The position numbers and the translations under genes were made by a program. Positions 56,621 through 64,000 of a DNA stretch of 64,000 bases are shown here, piece by piece. The stretch lies in NCBI GenBank assembly GCA_964016885.1, contig OZ024740.1:425258001-425322000 (forward strand), read 5' to 3'. Under the pieces are notes generated by a model, which saw nothing but the letters and a program-made list of their open reading frames with translations, ran no database searches and had not been told where the DNA came from. Position 1 is the first letter of the stretch, and each line of letters opens with the position of its first letter. Source of the stretch: Eledone cirrhosa (taxonomy: Eukaryota).

Positions 56621-57224
56621 AATTGCAGAGCTATAGGCTCCATTACTCTCTTGGATCTGTGACTTCCAGGCAAATTGCATCGTCGAAGCATGTGCCACTG
56701 GTGAACTCTCTGACCCACGTTATAATTTCTGCTGATATAGTCCCTTTCAACAGAATAAGGACATCACTACAGCCTGAAACTAGGTAACTTGAAGATCAGT
56801 ACAAATGTTAGGACGTATCATCAAAAAGATTTTAACACCTTAACAGACAATATCAAGAAAGCACTTCATGAATCAGCTCCCAGAGAAAGAATACCTTCAA
56901 CACAGCACACACTGCATTACAAAATATGGCCGTCATCTTCAGAACCAGAACATACTTCATCAACCAATAGATATTAACGCTCTACAAAGATCATTTGAGA
57001 CAGGGAATGAAGTACTTGAGAGAGATCTGCTACTACACATACAGACGTTCAAGAAAGTCTCCCAAATAATTAGCCTCAGTATACATACACACACGAACAA
57101 TCAAACATACAGAAACACATAGATGCACACAAACACACACATACATGCACACATACACATATATTTATATATATGTGTGCTTGTGTGTGTGTGTTTGTGT
57201 TTGTTCATGTGTGTGTGTGTGTAT

Positions 57225-57268
<44 letters not shown>

Positions 57269-57519
57269 TTCTGTCTCCTCCCTCTACAAGAGTCTCCAGC
57301 TATCTGTTTCTTTACAATCCGATGGAGTTTTGGATCTTTTGAGGTAAAGTATTCTGGAATTGAAATTTAGCCTAAAATGAACTCTAGATGAACAGACGTA
57401 TAATAAATGGCTTTCCAGCAGTGAGTATCACGTCTCTTAGCAAATCTCTAGCTACTTTATCGACTGTATCTTTATTTAAGATAATATGGTATGATTTATA
57501 TGATGTCAGACGAAGTATA

Positions 57520-58330
57520 CCGTGTTTCCCTTATTATAAGACCGACTCCAAAAATAAGCCATAGTGCGATTTTTATGTTGCTGTCCAAAAGAAGCCCTAC
57601 CCCGAAAATAAAGCCCTAGTGCATTTTTGCGAGAAAAGTTATTATAAAAAATAATATATAACGCAGATTTCCAGAATCTTCTGATCAAGGGCCTTATTTC
57701 AGGGGGGTACCAGGGTACAAGTCCCCCCTCACATTTTCAAACGCCAATGTTTTATTTTTTGTTTATTTGATATAAGAAATTCTTTTTAAGCTTATTTTTT
57801 TTATCTGAACTTCATTTGAATATATAAAATTTAATTAGCGTAAAATTTTACTTATGTGATAGGGTCCGGGAAAGGCCCCATAAGGAATACTAACACGCTC
57901 CTTTAAGAATCAACAAATGTTGGTTTGTCCCCCTCACATTTTAAAGGGAAATGAGGCCCCTGCTTCTGATGATATTGCTTTTATCTCTATAATATATATC
58001 ATTTAATTGATTTTATTTCTACAGTATTTACTTATAAGAACAAACTGTTGATTTTCAGGGTTTGAATCTAGGGAGTGATGATGACATCTCTGAAGAGGAT
58101 GGCGTCCTGGATGATGACATCCCAGAAGATGATGACATCGCAGAAGATGACATGACAGTATTTGAAGAAATACATCTTTTATATATTTTTTATATTTGAC
58201 ATCAGTATAATGATAATTTTATCAACACTCTTGTGTAAAAATCTAAGCCCTATCCAGAAACTAAGGTCTAGGGCCTGTTGTTTTTACAGGAAAATAACAT
58301 AAAACCTGTCTTATAATTGGAGAAATACGG
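57520..58330 (+). mobile_element. Non-autonomous Tc1/mariner (pogo-like) DNA transposon
   Basis: TA-CCGTGTTTCCCTTATTATAAGAC left end vs GTCTTATAATTGGAGAAATACGG right end; internal acidic tract (DDDISEED..) typical of pogo C-termini. Confidence 0.6.
57686..57962. mobile_element. hAT-type MITE nested in the pogo-like element
   Basis: 15-bp TIR CAAGGGCCTTATTTC / GAAATGAGGCCCCTG (13/15) and exact 8-bp TSD CTTCTGAT (57678-57685, 57963-57970). Confidence 0.85.
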
Positions 58331-58605
58331 TCTTATAATTGGAGAAAACTCCTGGTTGATAAGTCGACAAGAGTTTTTTACGAAGAGATTTGACCAGAAG
58401 TATTATGTTGTATAGTAAACAAAAATATAAGGAATTTAGGGAAATAAATTGCACTGGCAAAATTAATTCAAATGACAATATCTGCAAATGTTTTTATTTA
58501 AATCCATATCTGATTTAAGCAGAGTGCAATTTGTCATCAGTATTTAAAATTAACGAAACACTTGTTAAATATACTTATAATATTCAATTCACATTATATC
58601 ATCTA

Positions 58606-58800
58606 ATGGTGGTGGATTGGCAGTATCGGTAGAGGGTCGGACACCATGCTTTGACGCATAGAGTTAAGACCCTTGCCATTCTGAGTTAAAATCCCGCCGA
58701 GGTTAACTTTGCCTTTCATCCTTAGGGGGGTCGATAAAATAAAGTACCAGTAATGTACTGGGTAATTGCTGGCCTTGTGCCAAAAGTAGAAACAATTATA
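58606..58800 (+). mobile_element. SINE family A (short variant), full length
   Basis: Head GGTGGATTGGCAGTATCGGTAGAG, core, tail. Confidence 0.85.
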
Positions 58801-59111
58801 TCCTCCAACTGAACATACACGTGATACTAACCTACAGATATATTGTTCTCGCGAGAAATGCAGCAAAGGTTCGGGAGAAATTAGATGATATAGGGACAAC
58901 CTCCCTCCAAATTATAATTTGGAAACTTATCGTTTTAACAAACTTCAGTTGTACATTTTATCGTAAAAGATAGATAACTTTATCTTAAAAGACAGAGAAA
59001 TATTTGAAACCGCTCCCATATAAGATAATGAAATGGGCGAGTAAAACACGTTACTATAAATAAATTCTAGGTTTATTTTTAAACAAACGATAGCTAATAT
59101 TATTTTGATAA

Positions 59112-59475
59112 CACTGGTCAACAATTTTTGAAACGTCGTGTGCTTCTTCAATGATATTATTTAATTCTTATATATTTTCATGTCCTGAATCCAAATATCA
59201 CCTTCATAAGTGTTTATTAACTGCAGGTTTAAAAGTACACGACATGTAATATTTGATTATTTTATTATAACTTACAATATGTGTCATTATGTTTTAAGTT
59301 CTAGTCCGTATCTACTCTCAGCCTTTTTTGCTTGATCACTTGTAGTGGGCTAAAGAATCATCTCTTGCCCATGTCCAGCAATAGTCTGCAATTGTTGTGA
59401 AATCTTTCACAATGTTGGTCACTAAGTGTCCCATAATTCGCTGGAAAAAGTCTAAATGTGAGTCCAAAAATATTT
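59112..59475 (-). mobile_element. 3' remnant of a Chapaev3-like (CMC superfamily) DNA transposon
   Basis: Reverse strand FLDSHLDFF/PANYGTLSDQHCERFH..ADYCW resembles the HSHLDFFP.NLG..SDE.GERFHQ..ADYCW transposase motif; CACTGG..AACA terminus at 59112. Family assignment is from memory. Confidence 0.55.
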
Positions 59476-59499
59476 AATCATTCAAAAAGAGAATGCAGA

Positions 59500-59670
59500 C
59501 ATATAGGAGTAAAGGTAAGGCCCTTCCTAACATGGCATGGGTTTAGTCCCATTGCTTGGCCCCTTGGGTAAGTGTCATCTACTATAGCTAAGCTATTACT
59601 TGGACAATGATTATGAGTAAAATTTGGTAAAGAGGAAACCTTGTTGAAGACCGTTGTATATATGTGTGCG
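59500..59670 (+). mobile_element. SINE family C fragment (CORE-like)
   Basis: GGTTTAGTCCC..CCTTGGGTAAGTGTCATCTACTATAGC, resembling a B box plus CORE-type CCTTGGGCAAGT motif. Confidence 0.5.
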
Positions 59671-59970
59671 TCTTTTGACTTATTGTTTTTTTCATTCCGT
59701 AATCTTGAGGCTCAAGTAAAACGATAGATGGAATGAGTACCAAACTTGAGAGGTAAGTAAGTATACTATGGCTGGTATGATCGACTAAATCCTTTAGATT
59801 GATGATACAGCATAACCGAAAACTAAAAGCTAAAGGAAGCATATATAAAGACGCACACACACGCATATATATATTTGTTTCTCTTACTGGTAATTGGCTA
59901 GTGCTTAGTACTACCCTCCATATTTATAATTATATATAAACCACATATAAGTATAAATATTATTATTATT

Positions 59971-60001
<31 letters not shown>

Positions 60002-60002
<1 letters not shown>

Positions 60003-60220
60003 AGGAAGGAAGTGTGGTAAGGAAGTGTGGTACAACGAAGGAAGTGTGGTGGACCATAACGCACCAGAGTACACGATACTTTGGGTAGTAGAGTGGGTAA
60101 TAAGAAAAGAGTCAGGACTCCGACGGCAGAGCTCAAGCCGTTTCGACGGCTATTTCTGGACTAAATTCAAAAATAGATGTCGAAACTACTTGAGCTCTGC
60201 CCCGTCGGGGTCCTGACTCT

Positions 60221-60225
<5 letters not shown>
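60002..60225. mobile_element. Fold-back element in (TA)n, copy 1
   Basis: ~48-bp imperfect inverted repeat 60109-60156 / 60171-60220; homologous to 62801..62945. Confidence 0.6.
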
Positions 60226-60256
<31 letters not shown>

Positions 60257-60286
60257 TTATATATATATATATATATATATATTTAT

Positions 60287-60355
<69 letters not shown>

Positions 60356-60648
60356 ATCAATTTTTAGTATTTCTCAAACTATATCTTAACAGTTAAATAA
60401 AAGAAAGAAAATACAAACATGCAAACAAATAACATTCTGATTTTGAAAGGAAGGTTTCCGAAGATTGGATAGTGAATAAACAGTTGTAATAGATAAAATA
60501 AATTTACTCAGTTTTAATGTAAATAAGTCCTCCAATATTAATACACGCCTAGATATTTTAGGAGATTACCATATGTCAGATTAATCAAAGGGTACCATTG
60601 TTTTAGGAAGAGCATTAAAAAAAATATCAGGGTGGAGAACACATTGTA

Positions 60649-60719
<71 letters not shown>

Positions 60720-60857
60720 GAGAGAGAGAGAGAGAGAGAGATAAAGCTGCTGAACCCTACCGCGATGCCCAATGGCTTCGGCTTGTGTTCAGCAATACTT
60801 TTCAAAGGTGTACACACATACACACGCACTGAGTGTGTATTATTATTTCTGGCAGTA

Positions 60858-61085
60858 GGGCGGTGGATTGACAGTATCGGTAGAGTGTCGGACGCCATGC
60901 TTTGTAGCATAGAGTTACGGCCCTTTATGATCTGAGTTAAAATCCCGCCGAGGTTAACTTTGCCTTTCATCCTTATGGGGTCGATAAAATAAAGTACCAG
61001 TCACGCACTGGGGGTCGATTCAAATGGACTTTCCGGTCCCTCCAAATTGCTGGCCTTGTGCCTATATAAGAAACCATTATTATTT
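60858..61085 (+). mobile_element. SINE family A (long variant), full length
   Basis: Head, core, extra segment, tail. Confidence 0.85.
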
Positions 61086-61146
61086 CTGGCAATATTATAA
61101 CAATATATCCCTCCCCAAATATGACTATATATATATATATATATAT

Positions 61147-62760
61147 ATAACTTTGATAACTTTGATAGGTTTCGGCCAGTATTGGCCCAGGCCATGTCTA
61201 ACTTAATAGCACCACCTGGCGAAGTTTTACAAATCAGTGTTTGGGCACCATGGCCCACTCGAGCAGAGAGTTATTGTTTACGGAGGTATATCTGGGTGTA
61301 GGAGGCTTATCCGGGATTTTTTGAAGGAATTTATCCAAAGACTTCTAGAACTTGATGGGGTCTGTCTCTGCTTTGATGTGTATTGGTGTAATGTTAAAGA
61401 GTGCAGGGCCAATTGAGGTGAAATAATTGTGCCGTATTGTTGTTTTCTGATGCGAGTGAGATTTTTGTCGTGGGCGGAGAGCACTGGGCCCTAGCCTTGG
61501 GTGTACATTAAAGGTGATGCCAATAGCATTTAAGCAAAGCTGATGGAATATTTTCCACATCATACAGATAATGTAGCGCTCACGGCGACGTTGGAGAGAA
61601 TAAAGTTTGAGCTTTTCTAATCGACTCCAATAGTCAAGGCCTGTCATGCCATCTATCTTTTTTGTAATTGACCTTTTGGGTGCATCAACTTTCATGATAC
61701 TTTGTTTCGTGTTGGGTGACCACAGTGAACAACAGTATTCAAGGAGGGGTCGGGAAAAAGTGGAGAAGAGAAGGACAACAGTGTGGTTATCTCTCGACTG
61801 GAAAGTTCTAAGAATCCAGGAACACATTCTGCGGGCATATCAACTTTGCTGTTTATATGAGTGGCGCAGCTTATGTTGTTGTCCACAATTACCCCCAGGT
61901 CTCTGATGTTATTGGATGCCACTAGAGTTTCACCTGAAGGAAGAGAGTATGGTAGTTTCAGGACATCCTTTTTTCCAAAGTGGATTAATTCAAATGTATC
62001 TTCATTCAACAGCATATTATTCATTTCTGCCCATTCGATAACAGCCAGTAGGTCTGACTGAAGGTAAGTCCAGTCACCCACCTCATTGATGACTCTTTGG
62101 AGCTTGGAATCGTCTGCGAAGAATCTGATGTTGCTGTGCTTGATGATGTCAGTAATGTCATTAATGTAGATGATGAAAAGAAGTGGTCCCAACACAGTGC
62201 CTTGTGGGACGCCACCACTGACTTTGGCAGGGGTTGATTTTACTCCTTGACTACAACATGCTGGGTTCTGCCTGTCAGGAAACATTTGATGAACTGTAGT
62301 AACCTTCCAGAGGCACCAACAATGGATAGTTTTTTTCAGTAGAATCTTATGATCAACCCTGTCGAAGGCCTTGCTGAAATCAAGGTAGATGACATCAGTG
62401 TTGGATCCCTCTCCCAAGGCTCTCAAAACATCGTCAAAGTGATGCAGGAGCTGCGTTAGGCAGTCCCTTCCATTACGGAACTCATATAGGATGGAGTTCA
62501 GCAGGCCCTTGCTTTCGAGAAAGTTATTCGTGATCTCACCACACTCTCAAATACCTTGATAATATGAGAGGTGAGTGAGATCGGACGGTAGTTCACTGCA
62601 AGGGACTTATTTCCCTTTTTGAAGACTGGGACAACGGACTGGGACAGAAGGTTTTCAGGAATATAGCCAGTGTCCAGTGAGTTCCTCCACAGATTAGCAA
62701 GAGGAGATGCAAGTTAGTGTCGACACACCTTCAGGACACAAGCAGGGAACCTGTCGGGGA
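61147..62760 (-). mobile_element. CR1-group LINE, 5'-truncated, in (TA)n
   Basis: NYRPISLTS, YLDFSKAFDRVDH, GVPQGTVLGPLLF, FADD, IRDLGV, RPLLEYC, LYSLQRRRER; 3' stem-loop and TATCAAAGT repeat tail. Confidence 0.9.
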
Positions 62761-62762
62761 CT

Positions 62763-62800
<38 letters not shown>

Positions 62801-62945
62801 CAAAGGAATTGTGGTAAGGAAGCAGATGGACCAAAACGCACCAGAGTACTCAATACTTAGGGTAGTAGAGTGGGAAATAGGAAAAAGTATGACCCCGACA
62901 GCAGAGCTCAAGCCGTTTCATACTTCGGGGTCATACTTTTTCCTA
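62801..62945. mobile_element. Fold-back element in (TA)n, copy 2
   Basis: ATAGGAAAAAGTATGACCCCGA / TCGGGGTCATACTTTTTCCTAT perfect 22-bp inverted repeat. Confidence 0.6.
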
Positions 62946-62956
62946 TATATATATAT

Positions 62957-63010
<54 letters not shown>

Positions 63011-63053
63011 ATATGTGTATATATATATATATATATACACATGTGTGTAATTG

Positions 63054-63098
<45 letters not shown>

Positions 63099-63677
63099 TA
63101 TGTATACGTACATATATATATGTATACAGACGTACAGTAGTATGTATATATATATATATATATATACATGCACACATATATACATGTACGTATGGATTCA
63201 CCGAACATTTATTATAATGCTCGGTGTGTTTGTAAACAAACATCCCGAATTAAGCCGTACAGTGTCTAGCAACCCTCGTTGCTCATTTGTTCAACACTGA
63301 CAAAGGAACGCTGTACTAGTTTCAAGCTTATTAGCTATCGTCAGCAACGTATACCTTCCTGCCAGATGATTGAACGTCTGAAAGTATATACTTTCCGTAT
63401 GCATATTAACAGCTGAGCAGCCTAATTTGCATATCGAGTGAGTTAATCGGCCGGGCGCACCGAAAACGATAAACGGAAAAAATGAAACGAAATTTCATTT
63501 CTCACTCTTATGTAATATACCTATATATATATATATATATATATATACTCTTATGTAATATACCTATATATATAATATACCTATATATATATATATATAT
63601 ATATAAATATAGTTTCAGCGAGAATCGCATTTCGGCGTGTAGAAAAGGCGAAACGTAACGCAATATATATATATATA

Positions 63678-64000
63678 CTAGCAGAAGTACCCGGCGTTTC
63701 CCGGGTGTAAGTCGACCTTTGGTCTGTTAGAATGTGTGAAAGTTACTTCCCGCGCATCACAGGTTCAAAACTTCGAACTTCAATGAAAAGAAATAGGTTA
63801 GTAGACACAGGTGTGTAATTTATTAATTGTAGTTACACAGTGTATCGTTGAAATTGTTCTCTGCACGACTGACGGAAGTCAAAATCGCTTGATATTGAAT
63901 GTTCAGTTAATTTAAAGCAGGGTGAAAATGTCGATTACTTTCAGGGTTTTTTATTTTTTACAATTTTTGCGCTCACACGTGCAGAAGAAGAATTAAAAGG
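63678..64000 (-). mobile_element. Helitron-like element 3' terminus (probably extends beyond window)
   Basis: Reverse strand ends CCCGGGAAACGCCGGG hairpin, then 8 nt, then CTAG followed by T. Confidence 0.55.

Noticed and set aside
61165-61205. Hammerhead-like GGCC..GGCCGAAAC
   Set aside because: It lacks CUGANGA and is better explained as the CR1 3' stem-loop.

Overview
Eukaryotic, AT-rich, repeat-dominated DNA, probably octopus/cephalopod (inferred from the SINE families and microsatellite load). No host protein-coding gene can be supported. Left half: two tail-to-tail Penelope-like elements (RT + GIY-YIG), each ending in a minimal hammerhead ribozyme motif with an extra core nucleotide. 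One of them is split by a near-full-length Tx1-clade LINE. Also present: a second full-length Tx1, a truncated third Tx1, an R4/Dong-clade RLE LINE with a deleted tandem second copy, a CRE-clade remnant, MITEs and many tRNA-derived SINEs. From ~33.1 to ~55.45 kb lies a 60-bp satellite (~330 monomers) with nested higher-order structure (~2.1-2.3 kb blocks inside a 7,915-bp tandem duplication). It contains an RTE LINE with a 5' inversion and appears to sit inside an older decayed LINE. The right end holds DNA-transposon remnants, a CR1-type LINE, fold-back elements and a Helitron-like 3' end. Main leads: microsatellite-targeted LINE insertion, covarying hammerhead variants, the RTE twin-priming-type inversion, satellite architecture, and conserved splice signals around Tx1 ORF1.
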